From Diplonema japonicum (taxonomy: Eukaryota > Protista > Euglenozoa: Diplonemea): a stretch of DNA of 64,000 nucleotides. Shown here piece after piece: positions 12,501 to 22,400 of this stretch. The notes under the pieces are model-generated. The model saw only the letters and a program-made list of their open reading frames with translations, was not told where the DNA came from and searched no databases. The DNA lies in the NCBI GenBank assembly GCA_964019335.1, contig OZ025676.1:434001-498000 (forward strand), given 5' to 3'. The position numbers and the translations under genes were made by a program. How positions within the stretch are numbered: the stretch's first letter is position 1; every line of letters starts with the position of its first letter.

Positions 12501-15500
12501 GGACAACAGCTCCTGACGCAATTGGTCGGCGTCCCCTATCGCATCAAGTTCTGCTTTGTGTTTTTTCTCGAGGGCTTGAATCTCGATATTGTGCTGCATC
12601 TGGGTCTCCGACAGTGCCACGTCTAGTTTGATTTCCAGCTGCTGCTGCACTTTGCTCAGCATTTCCGTTGCACTCTCTTCTTTGGTCAGGCTTTCTGCAA
12701 TCTCTTTCTGCAATGCATGGTTCTCCTTTTGTAGCTTTGCAGCCTTCTGTGTATAAACCTCTAAGTCGGCCGTTGTTCTCCGTAGCTCGTCAGCTACTTC
12801 TTCAAGCGTTTTTTTGGGGTCCACAGTCTTCATTGCAGTGTTTGCGTCGATGCACTTCAGTGCTTCCAAGCATTGGGCCTGCTGCCCAGCGTCCAATATG
12901 TTGCTTTGAGAAGCCGCACCCACCAACATGGCGCCGTCACCAGCTGTCACCTTATCGACGAGGATACCATCAGTGGAACGGTTTTGGTCCCACAGGACAG
13001 CCACAGCGAGACACCACCCGAGAGCTTGTGCTGGGTGCGATGCGACAGACATGCCGGGGATGACAGACAAGAAAGCCTTTAACCCACACACTTTGTTGTA
13101 CTGAAACTGCTCTATAAAAATATCATCGGTGCACAGACGAGCACCTATGTACAGCAGGGGGTAGGTAAGACTTTCATTTGTCTCGTTGGAGGCAATTGCG
13201 TGCAGCAACATACTGTGTGCACCTTTCAGTAAAGCATGCGCATCGACAAAAGTGTGAGTTTGAGTACCAGCGTCTCGGCTCCACTGACTAAGAGGGCAGA
13301 AAAAAGCACCAAGAAGCTCATGTGAAGACTGGTTCACAGCTGCTGCCCTGACGACCAACTCAATAACAGTCATCATGCTTTCTGCATTGTGCCACCCTGT
13401 GGCGGGGACCCTCGAAAGACATGTACAAGCCGTCTTCACTATGATTGGGTTGCTCGTTTTCGTCGCCACCTCCGCCAAGGTTGTTCCTATATTCGTGTCT
13501 ACAGCTAGCTTGGAGACATCGTCGCTTTCAAGCAACAGCTCGACAAGCTCCAGACACTGGATGTCAACTGTTTTTTTCGAAAGCCTGTTCACCACCGCTT
13601 CGATAACCTTGCAACCCATAGCGACCTTCAAAGTGCTGTCCTGCCCAAGGATTGCATGAAGCAGCTCAATGATATTGTTGCTTGTGTCCCCTGTAGCTAG
13701 AGCGGGCAGCAAGGGGGAGTTCATAAATGCCTCCCGTGACTCTTGCGAGTCTAAGGCCACCTGGGACGTATACCTCACCAGATTCGTGATGCTTGCAGGA
13801 TCTCTCTGAACCTGTAGGAGACACGTGTCCATAAACTGATTAGCAAAAGGATTGGACCCAAGCTCATCAAAGGAAGCAGCGAGGGCCAAATACCTGACCG
13901 TGTCATCACCGGCTGTTTGAAGCAAAGAGACGAGCGCTTTCGATCCTGTGGACACAAAGACTTTCTGACAGTCTTGGTTCTGGCGCACCAAACTCTCTAA
14001 TGCTGCGACAGTGGTGACCTGCCTGTGAGCTAGCAGGGCTTTTACCATGATAGGAATGCACACAGCCCCGTCAGCGCACTGCATACCCTCTAAGCTCGTT
14101 CTGCCGTACGCAAGCATTGCATTTGAGAGTACTTCCACAGTGGCCGCATTGTCAACATGCACCTCCATCGCATGCTGCATGGCATGGCAGCCTTCGTTCG
14201 CATTGAAGGCGTCCCATCCCGCCTGAGACCCTATTGTGTTCCCTAAAATGAATGCCGCCAGACGGCAAGCCTCGTCGCACGCTGCTGTAGTATTGTTGAG
14301 CAAAGCAACAGCAGTCTGCAGGCACCCTGATGCGCTGACAAGGGCTACAAGGCTTGCAACAGAAGACAAGTTTGCAAAGATGGCAAGACATACAATGTCT
14401 GTGGAGCTGTCGTGTGCGGCATCCATAAAGGAGACGAGGAGTGGCAAGAGGCCTGCGGTTGCAAGACCCTGGCTTAGAGTGCTGGAAAACGAGTGTATTT
14501 CCACTGCCCTGAGAACTGTAGCGATTACCTCTTCACAATGAGGTGACGCGAGAACCTCCTGCAGCACTGCAACGAACACGGACGGGCCGCCTTTGACCCC
14601 TTCGAGGTCACGTGACGAGAACACTGCGTACGGCACTAACAGGTTAGCTTTGGTGTGGATGTCAGTGAGAACAGGGTGGGGCCCTGTCGAAACCAAAGCG
14701 TTGTTACAGGCCGTCACCAATGAGTAGTCACATGAGAGCTCCGGGACAGCATCCTCCATCAGGGCAAAGTGTTTTAAGATACTGGAGCTGGGTCTTGTCA
14801 CTTCTATTGAGTTCCACCTTCCTATGAGGGAGCTGACGATATGCTGCACAGCCACTTCAGACGCCACATCCCGCACCAGCTTGGCGTGGCATGCTACACA
14901 TCTGTCAATACCCCTTAGTATTTTGGCCTCTACAGAAATATCGTCGATTTTCGCAAGCAGTGCGGCCAGTGCATCTACAACACCAGCACTGCCCCATGCC
15001 CTTGCAGCGTTGTCGTCTTCCTGCTCAAGCAGATTTGCAATGCTGAGGGACAGTTCTTGGTTGCTGGTATCAGTCTTAAGCGCATCGGTAATGACCCTTC
15101 GCAAAGACAGAACAGGTACGGGGAAGGACCTCTTTGCGTAGAAATAGAGGAGTTTGGTACACCACAGAGATGCTTCCTGGGACACCCTCAGGACGCTCAC
15201 GATAGGGCTCACGACGAGGTGGAAGAGGTCGTGAATGACATCCGTCGTGTCCGCCTCTGCAAGTGCTGTAAAGTATTGCAGGGAGCGGACTGCGAGCTCT
15301 GCATCGGTGTTGTGCTGTGTGATTTGTGTAATAGCCTCGGAGATGCGCAAGAAGGCAGGGGTGAGGTCCTTGTGTCGCGCTACCACTACAACAAGACAGG
15401 CAAAACACCGACAGGCAGCCATAACACTAGTGGCCCCTGCCAGAGTGTCAAGCAACACTGCGAAAGCATCGTCCGCTACCATCATCTCAGCCTCGTCCAT

Positions 15501-18347
15501 CGTAAACTCGTAGTCTGAAGTGTTCAGTATCTTCGCTACTTCCTCCTTTCTCGTCTGATTCCTCTCCTCCTGCTGTTCGTCTACAACACCTCTTGCTGCT
15601 ACTGTGTCTATGTCCCCTAGCACCTTAGCATCTTCATTTGCCACCACAGCATCTTTGCTCTCTTTCTCTTCCCGTATTTGCTTCAATTCCCCTACCAACG
15701 TTTTGGCTTTCCCCTGTACTTGCCTCCCCCAATAAAAACTCTCTTCTGCGTGGTCTAGCACATTTCGCATGAGGTAGTCCAGGCCGCTCTCAACAAGTTG
15801 CTCTTTGTAAGACGATTCCACTTGCACAAGACACAACGCCAAGTAGGCAATCCCAGTGTGGAGAGCCGTTACCTTGTCGAGGTTCTTCGAAGGGGCCAGT
15901 TTGAACAAGACAGTCAGCATGTTATGGGGAATGTGCTCATGAGTAGGAGGGTAGAGCAAGGCAGACCCAAGTGCGTAGAGAAGGTAGTATGGGGGCTCAG
16001 CCAGCCTTGTGGACAGAAAAGAGGTGACAGGGCCTATGATGAGAGGTGCTACCTTGGTGCGCAGGGCGGTGCTGTCTGCTGTCAGGTGGGCAATGGTTAG
16101 CCATGCGTCAGTGCTGCGCTTTTGACTACCGTGTTCTGAGGATGCAGCGTTAGCAGCACGCAGTTCCATCTCGTCAAGTCCTAGACATTTCATCAGCAAC
16201 TCCTTCACCTCGTCATCAAGTAGAGACTCGACAAAGCTCACGTCCGTCACGTCATTACACACAGATAGCAGCGACAGCGCAATGCCTGTTTTCAAATCGT
16301 TCTCAGCTGCTTGTTTCAGCAGCCTGAATCCCTGCGCAAGACCACCTGTGGCAACAAAGTACCCTCTCGACATCCCGGGCAGCCGCGACAGCACCTTCGC
16401 TATGATCGATGCCGCGTCGTAGTTCCCAGCCACGATGCACGAGACGAACGCGGCTGCTGTGCTGGCATCAACAAGCAGTGTCTTGTGGATGGTTTTCGCT
16501 ACTTGCAATGCGGTTTGGCACACCCGAATGGCCATTGAAGGACAGCCTTTCACGACCTGCATGTTCATTCCAAAAGGTTTCAGCATCGGAACTTCCACCT
16601 TCTCAAAAACCTCGGGTCCCTCCAAAGAGGTCACAGCGTACAAGATCTGGGCGTAGGCTTCAAGCAACAGTGGTGTGTCGGTGTCTTTCACTGAAGAGAG
16701 TTCAGTCACCACCAGAACTGCTCGGGGGATAAAAGAGTGTATGTGGTGAACTGTGGTGTCGTGTTGGCTCAGGGCGGACAAGACTTGTAGGTAAGCCACA
16801 GCTACTTCTCTCCCTTCGGTGCGGACCTTCCTTAATTGTTTTAAAATCCCTGTGTCGCATAGCTCCTCGGCTACCTTCTGCCAGAAGCAGAGTTTGGACA
16901 CGGCCTGTAGCCCTGCTTCGAGGAAGCCTTCGTTGTTCGAGATGTTCCTGAACACTACTTTTGCCAGCAGTGCAGACCTGTCCTCCCCGTTAAGGTTGTT
17001 ACCGGTCAGGGTCGGCGACAAGATGGAAACTAGCTCGCAACAGTCACGTTTGAGCTCTTTCAGATCCCTGGGGTCGTCCTCTAGGACAACTGTGATGAAG
17101 TCCTGCACCCCGGAGTGTGCAATGAAGCTCTCGCTACCCTCCTCACTCTTGCAGAGGCTGAGGAAACTCCTAAGGCACACCCGCACCACATTCACAGATG
17201 TCTTATGAGCTTTGTACAAGGACAGCACGCGTGGGACCCATCCAAAGTTTCCCAACTTCTGCTGCGCTTGCTCTCCGTGTGCGGCAAGGTTGCTTACGAC
17301 AGTCAGCACGAGATGGGTATTCTGCTGCGACTCCGCCTCTTGCGACAGGAAGACAAGAATTGCGTCTGACTCCAACACCGCTTGGTACAGCGCACTGCCG
17401 AAAGCGAAGGAAGCGAGCATCTTGAGCATCGCCTTCAATGCATCAGGCTCAAGACTGCCGCGGGCTAAGTAAGAGATGACTTTCTTGCAGGCTTCTTGTG
17501 TGGAGAATGATGCATGGACTGTTGTCAAAGTGCCCATGAGCAGCAGCAAACAGTGGAGACAGTGGATGGCCGTCACAAATCCGTGCCGGAAGCCCTCTTC
17601 AGGCGTGTTCACTGTGCATGACTTCAACGTGTCGATGAAGATCTGGGAGCAGAAGTCTGCATGCTTCAAGTACTCTGCTGATGAAAGCACATGCACAAGT
17701 GCCAGAGCGGAGGAAGCAGCAGCGTCGAGAGGGCTTTGCGGGTTGATGAGGAAATACAGCGTGTTGTGGAGAAGGGAAGCAGGAGAAGCAAGCTCAGGGG
17801 TCAACAGGCCTGCCTTTGCAAGGTTCAAGAATATACGTGCGGTGCAAGAGGATGGCGGAGAACAGTGAGAGGCAAATATTAAGGGCAGCAAGCTGGAGAA
17901 AGAGAGCTGTTCAAGTGTCTTTGGTGCCGACAACGACGCGACAAGGTCAAGCAGCATGGGGGCGAGCACAGGGTGCGACCGCATAGCCTCTTCCACACGG
18001 AACAGGAGAGCATGTTCTTCTGAGAGCTCTTCTTGGAGCTCAGGGTTCCCTTCTATCATTGCCTTGAGGTGTTCAACACAAGAACTCACGAGTTCTGCGT
18101 CAACATGCCTTTCCATCACCAGAAGGAGAACCCCGCCATCTCCGCCGGAGATACCCATGGCTACAAGACCCTCCCTGCAAACCCCAATATTATCCGCCCA
18201 TTCGCTGACTGTTTTCAGAACAGCTGCCTTCACCCACTTTGCGTCATGCCCTTTGAATGTCTGGCTGCTGACCTGCTTTAACGCTTCGCATGCTTCATTT
18301 TCGGTTCTTGCTTTTTCCAACCCATGGATCAGCTCTGATATTTCCAT
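9543..18347 (-). CDS. Large ARM/HEAT-repeat protein with C-terminal coiled coil (~2930 aa), function unknown
   Basis: Uninterrupted ORF. Helical ARM-like repeats over ~1850 aa, then E/K/Q-rich heptads. Likely start MEISEL at 18345-18347. Confidence 0.8.
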   Translation of the reverse strand: MEISELIHGLEKARTENEACEALKQVSSQTFKGHDAKWVKAAVLKTVSEWADNIGVCREGLVAMGISGGDGGVLLLVMERHVDAELVSSCVEHLKAMIEGNPELQEELSEEHALLFRVEEAMRSHPVLAPMLLDLVASLSAPKTLEQLSFSSLLPLIFASHCSPPSSCTARIFLNLAKAGLLTPELASPASLLHNTLYFLINPQSPLDAAASSALALVHVLSSAEYLKHADFCSQIFIDTLKSCTVNTPEEGFRHGFVTAIHCLHCLLLLMGTLTTVHASFSTQEACKKVISYLARGSLEPDALKAMLKMLASFAFGSALYQAVLESDAILVFLSQEAESQQNTHLVLTVVSNLAAHGEQAQQKLGNFGWVPRVLSLYKAHKTSVNVVRVCLRSFLSLCKSEEGSESFIAHSGVQDFITVVLEDDPRDLKELKRDCCELVSILSPTLTGNNLNGEDRSALLAKVVFRNISNNEGFLEAGLQAVSKLCFWQKVAEELCDTGILKQLRKVRTEGREVAVAYLQVLSALSQHDTTVHHIHSFIPRAVLVVTELSSVKDTDTPLLLEAYAQILYAVTSLEGPEVFEKVEVPMLKPFGMNMQVVKGCPSMAIRVCQTALQVAKTIHKTLLVDASTAAAFVSCIVAGNYDAASIIAKVLSRLPGMSRGYFVATGGLAQGFRLLKQAAENDLKTGIALSLLSVCNDVTDVSFVESLLDDEVKELLMKCLGLDEMELRAANAASSEHGSQKRSTDAWLTIAHLTADSTALRTKVAPLIIGPVTSFLSTRLAEPPYYLLYALGSALLYPPTHEHIPHNMLTVLFKLAPSKNLDKVTALHTGIAYLALCLVQVESSYKEQLVESGLDYLMRNVLDHAEESFYWGRQVQGKAKTLVGELKQIREEKESKDAVVANEDAKVLGDIDTVAARGVVDEQQEERNQTRKEEVAKILNTSDYEFTMDEAEMMVADDAFAVLLDTLAGATSVMAACRCFACLVVVVARHKDLTPAFLRISEAITQITQHNTDAELAVRSLQYFTALAEADTTDVIHDLFHLVVSPIVSVLRVSQEASLWCTKLLYFYAKRSFPVPVLSLRRVITDALKTDTSNQELSLSIANLLEQEDDNAARAWGSAGVVDALAALLAKIDDISVEAKILRGIDRCVACHAKLVRDVASEVAVQHIVSSLIGRWNSIEVTRPSSSILKHFALMEDAVPELSCDYSLVTACNNALVSTGPHPVLTDIHTKANLLVPYAVFSSRDLEGVKGGPSVFVAVLQEVLASPHCEEVIATVLRAVEIHSFSSTLSQGLATAGLLPLLVSFMDAAHDSSTDIVCLAIFANLSSVASLVALVSASGCLQTAVALLNNTTAACDEACRLAAFILGNTIGSQAGWDAFNANEGCHAMQHAMEVHVDNAATVEVLSNAMLAYGRTSLEGMQCADGAVCIPIMVKALLAHRQVTTVAALESLVRQNQDCQKVFVSTGSKALVSLLQTAGDDTVRYLALAASFDELGSNPFANQFMDTCLLQVQRDPASITNLVRYTSQVALDSQESREAFMNSPLLPALATGDTSNNIIELLHAILGQDSTLKVAMGCKVIEAVVNRLSKKTVDIQCLELVELLLESDDVSKLAVDTNIGTTLAEVATKTSNPIIVKTACTCLSRVPATGWHNAESMMTVIELVVRAAAVNQSSHELLGAFFCPLSQWSRDAGTQTHTFVDAHALLKGAHSMLLHAIASNETNESLTYPLLYIGARLCTDDIFIEQFQYNKVCGLKAFLSVIPGMSVASHPAQALGWCLAVAVLWDQNRSTDGILVDKVTAGDGAMLVGAASQSNILDAGQQAQCLEALKCIDANTAMKTVDPKKTLEEVADELRRTTADLEVYTQKAAKLQKENHALQKEIAESLTKEESATEMLSKVQQQLEIKLDVALSETQMQHNIEIQALEKKHKAELDAIGDADQLRQELLSLRMEMSAAEQAARELADHHMRELATLNSTHEAELKKTEERYQEKEQLVLKQKEWEVQELGKERAHVKKRGHLIEEQQESDFRKIHTTNVENKARVTALEFRFKELALENAELTRRVAEYEELSSASSTDLIAMSKKWEESLNTQVGIEKMKGERFAADMKLVYESRVREVTTDADDKVLKAHGELGFERCFVHLREEQAEDREQITGLRKSFLHDLKEEKIKLLHSWRDQQDGATLRKWEEKVKAAEKRVQSREVRRAKILQNRLTGISREAAEQGLMASQDWNVWTSAEAWCDTIAEREMTARSAVLLECKEALGAIKKQNARTLHMMVNTERQDVWGLVRQSFEVEKRHRESMWQSHADIVEKQAAEKVKEMQEMFTVKETRLRQELQSSEVAFEKYKKHSEEMRTKQKQKHAVLSTDLAKAHEMARVELRSKNEEIVVSRRRSRASDLGNVEVLSNLIKTHEEEKETLEEEHKAMVLKLTQTIDDQQTFVAAMLTSTHEALLSAERVARLQIEECYTLLMPPAIVIQTIAETTVAGNESKIDEESITSIIDEMSEEGKEAVEVSECEEEEEEEVVAPRDFNKVLEGILNDMQNLSTRRCETEGAHVVNMHITLKQQYNALKREVDRKERAENKVMEGMVLTHEKEMQDLKELLSREQRLNEELKSKHGREEEMDDVKSQLATMKTTYYSVQEKKGTLECEVTTLKKKLQQTLECEKGLLRRCDHFDVEREQLTILATAAKQAQKKLEEEICLLKNSAADTLHSSQESAQAASHIQGVLSEKCVTLQTQVSTLQEKLRRKLSYQGKQEAAEAVLRDRGIEECLQAWKDMCVECTELEEALIDMKCRRDVYKKERDDALKELETAVERENSAIEKYVKLLSAKEGVKQREKDLERHAWVLSIQDKELEKKQSLLELKEVDFYKTIHSHGRRLDPLPQTVPLNPQWMSKTLQDTHDQLSNPQHHYIHGKQRLQRPVSEKHLHKTV

Positions 18348-19459
18348 GGTGTTCTTGTTACCCCCCCCCCCCTCTTTTTTCTTTCTAATTTTCAAACTTG
18401 AACGAAATATTTAAAAAAAAATTGGAGGGGGAGAATAAAAAAAGAACAAAAAAATAAAAATAACGTGGGGGCATGCGGGACAGGAAAAATAGAAGAGAGG
18501 GGAGAATAAAAAAAAAGTTTTTTTTATGCAAAAAAAAAAAATAATAATAAAGAAGAAATACAGAGGAGTGGGGCAACAACCCTTTGCTTCATGTTGGAAA
18601 AAAAAAAAAAATAGCCCCTCCAAAAAAAAAAAAAAAAAAAAAGTAACGCAAGAGATCTTATTAATAAAGAATCCTTTTTTTCTTCTTCTTCTTTGTTATG
18701 TGTGACATCAATAATAATAATAAAAAGCAACAAACACACTTCACAAAAGATAATTTGGAAGTGGAAGAGAAATATGGTTTTGGGAACGGGAAAATAGGGA
18801 AAAAAAAAAAGAGAAAAAAAACACACATTTTTGTTTTCCCTTCGCTTGCAGAGACAGTGTGACGGGGAGGAGGCGTTCCACTACCAGTCTTTAACTCCTT
18901 CCTTTTTTTTTTTTTTTTTTTCCTTGGAAAAGTTTTTCTCCATCAGGACACTATTAGGGGCTGAAAAAAAAGTAATAATGAGTCCTTGGAGAGCTAAGTC
19001 GAGAAAAAAAAATACAAATAAACAGTACATCATAATTTTCTTTGATGGCAGCTACAATGCCCTTCCCACTCTCGTTCGGCGAAGCAGAAAAAAAAAGGGG
19101 GGTTCGGAGGGGAAGGGAAGAATTCACGAAAAAAAAAAAGAAATAGAAGAGGATAAAAAAAAGGGGGAGATAAAGACTATTGGGAAGGGGTAGGAGGACA
19201 GTATTTTTTTTCTTTTTTTTTTTATTTTGTTGAGAAATATATGAATCACTTTTTTTTTTTAATTTTTCATTATGCGGACCAAGGGGAACAACTAAGCCTC
19301 GAGGTCCTAAACGGTTTTCTTTCCATTTTTTTTTTTTTTTTTTGTGTGCGTTTTTTTTTTTTTTTTTTTTTTTTGCTGAATCAAGCAAGGAATGTGAGGG
19401 GGAGAAAATGGGAAGGGGAAAAAAGGGGGAATCCATCCATCACGTTCTTTTTATCTGTC

Positions 19460-22400
19460 TCAAACATCATGCCTATCTTCGCTCTGGATGGTCTCCGAGA
19501 GCGTGTCTTCCTTGAGAAGGGGCTTTTGCGTGACCTCCTTCTGCATCTGTTCCATGGAGAAATCTTCATAGTCTTCAGCCTTGTTCTTAGGAGGGTTGGC
19601 AGCCCTGTAGGCGAAGAATATAAAGAGGCCGCAGGCACACAGTGTGAGGACTGCGAGAATAATAGCGAGAATGCACCAGATGTTGCAACCGGTGCATTTT
19701 TCACCGCCAGCAGGGGCGGCTCTGTGCATGCCTCCAGGGCAGGAGTAGTATGTGCGGCAAACGCGGCGGAACTGCATGTCGTCACCTGTCTCTGTGTGGG
19801 TCTTGACGTCAGCCCAGTTGCTCCCGTTGTCGCTGCTGTAGCACACACTGTATTCAGTATAGTCTTCGCCAGTGCTCCACTTCGCTGTCAGATTCACTAC
19901 CAGTTCCATCGTGCTGTTCGGTTCCAGCATCGGCTTCTTCATCACCGCTCCCTGCGGGCACGCCGAGGCCTCGCCCACCTCCATGCCATCGCCATCGAAC
20001 CAGCACCCGTCTGCAGGGTTCGCCTCTCCACACCTTGCTCCCTTCGGAACCACCTTCACGATGTCTGTCTTTCTAAACCCGCACCCGTGGATGATCACCT
20101 TGAACAGGTTGTCTTTCATGGGTGTGTTTGGGTAGGCCGTATGGATCTGCGGTCCGCCGGGCGAGCATCTGTTTTGTTTTATGGTTTTAGTAAAAAGAAA
20201 AAAAAATTTTTTTTTCTAAAGACATACGTCGACACGCTGCACGAGTCCCCGCTCCACCCCTTGTTGCAGATGCAGCCGTTGTCGGCACCGCACACACCGT
20301 TCCCGCTGCACTTCACATCAGGGTCGCACCAGTCGCATGCATCGTTGGTGCCCTGGTACAGGTGGCACTTCGCCGTTTGTCCCATCGTGTTGCACGTGTC
20401 CCATCCTTCGTTGCACACGCAGCAGCCTTGGTCGGAGCACCCCCCGTGCACGGGGTCAACGCAGCAGCCCTGAAGCTTGTCAAGACACCTGTTGTTCTTC
20501 GAGTCCCATTGGCACTTGTTGTTGGGTGCGTCGTTGCACAGAATGGAAGACCCGTACTGGGCACAGCCGTCGGGTATCTTCTTTGTGCACAGGCCCTGCT
20601 GTGCGATAGGTGCAGTGGTGTTCATGGAGGGTGTTAGCGTCCTGGAGCCGTGGGCGTCCTTAGGATCAATGCACAGTGTGCCTTTGCCTCCCCATTCGCA
20701 CACGTAGCCCTTGATGCCCTGGTGGTCCTCAGGGTAGTCGTTCCACCTTCCAGAAGGCCACAGGAAGTGTCCGTAGTCCTCACCGTGTGTCGCACAGGAC
20801 CCGGAGCACGGCTGGCGGTAGTCGTTAGGCTCGTTGGTGTCCCAGTTCGAGAACATGCCGTTTTGCGGCCTGCCTGCACTGCCAAGGCCGTTCCAGAAGT
20901 TCTGCCCCTCCTCGGGACCGGTCATCCATCTCCAAGTGCTTACCACCGTGCCACCGTTGCCCACCTCTTTGTCCATGGCGGGGGTACCAACGTCTTTCGC
21001 ACCCATCCAAGCTGGCGACTCGAGCTTTGTTTCAGCAACACTCTGCTCGTCTTGACTTGTGATGGTGATGAGGTAGCCCTCCAAGCCGAGCATCGGGTTG
21101 GCTGCACACTTATCCTTCGCCTCACCCCACTTGATGTCTGCCTCAGGGAAATGCCTGTAGTAGTGGCCTGTCTTCGACGAGTAGAAAGCAGGCCCGAAGT
21201 TGTACGTGATTTTGCGCTCCTGTTTATTTGTTTTCTTTAGAGCCCCCTCACACCTGGTTGTTGGTCGACGAGGTTCTGAACGTCACGCTGGACAAGATTT
21301 GTGCGTACTGCTCGATGGTGGCATCGCCGGAGAGGAAAAGCAGCCCTGTCTTCGGGTGGAAGTCAGCGGTGATAGTGCCGGTAGGGTTGCTGGGCTTGCA
21401 CTGATCGCAGCTGAGGATGTCAGCACCTGCGACGTAGCCCTCTTCGATGTCGACAACAGAACCGCTGTGTTGCATTGGCAGAGGTGGTGCAGTACATACC
21501 TGATGGTGTCTGTCTTGCTGCAACCGTTGAACGCCATCGAGTCAGGCTTGATCTGGTCGGCCAGCGGTGTCACAGCAGCACCAGTGCTGTAGGCGGCGTT
21601 CCAAGCACATTGCGCATCACCACCACAGGTGGCGGGGGTGCCGAAGGCAGGGCATCCAGTGGCAGGAACACACTTACCAGCAGCATAGTCCCACTGACAT
21701 CCAGGAGCTGGCTGCGTATCGGCATTGCAAATAACGTCCGTTGTGTGACGGTCGCAGCCCTGCTTGTCGACACACTTGTTGTTATTCCACTGTGATGAAA
21801 AAAAAAAAAAGAGATTAAATGGGGAGAGGGGGCAATACACACCATGCAGACACCTGCTGCGTTGCATACAATCTGCCCATTAGGAGTCAGCGTGCTGCAG
21901 TAGTCCTTCGTGACACACACACCGGGGTCAATCCACTTGCATCTAGTATCACCAGCACAAGTAGTCATCATGTTGTAGGCAGGGCATCCTTGAGTGGGTA
22001 CGCACTTGCCTGTGGCTACGGGTGTAATTTTTCCGATGTCCTTGCTGCCATGTGCCTCGTTGGGGTTGATGGTCATAGTTCCGATGCCTCCCCACTCGCA
22101 GATGTAGCCATCAATGGACTGGTGGTCCAGCGGGTAGTCGTTCCACTTCCCAGTGTTCAGGAAGTGCGCAAAGTCCTCACCACCATCCTTGCATGAACCA
22201 GAGCAGGGGTTCCTCCAGTCATTCGGTTCGTTACTGTCCCAGTTCGCATACTGCCCCGCTGTGGTACCTCTCGCCTTCGTGTAGAACAATGTTCCACCGT
22301 TGATTTGCGGACCAGTGCCTTGTTGGGGAGTGCTTCCGGTTGCCGAAGGAGTGAAGTCGCACGATGCAGCAGGAGGGCAGCCCTCAGGACCAGTTACCCA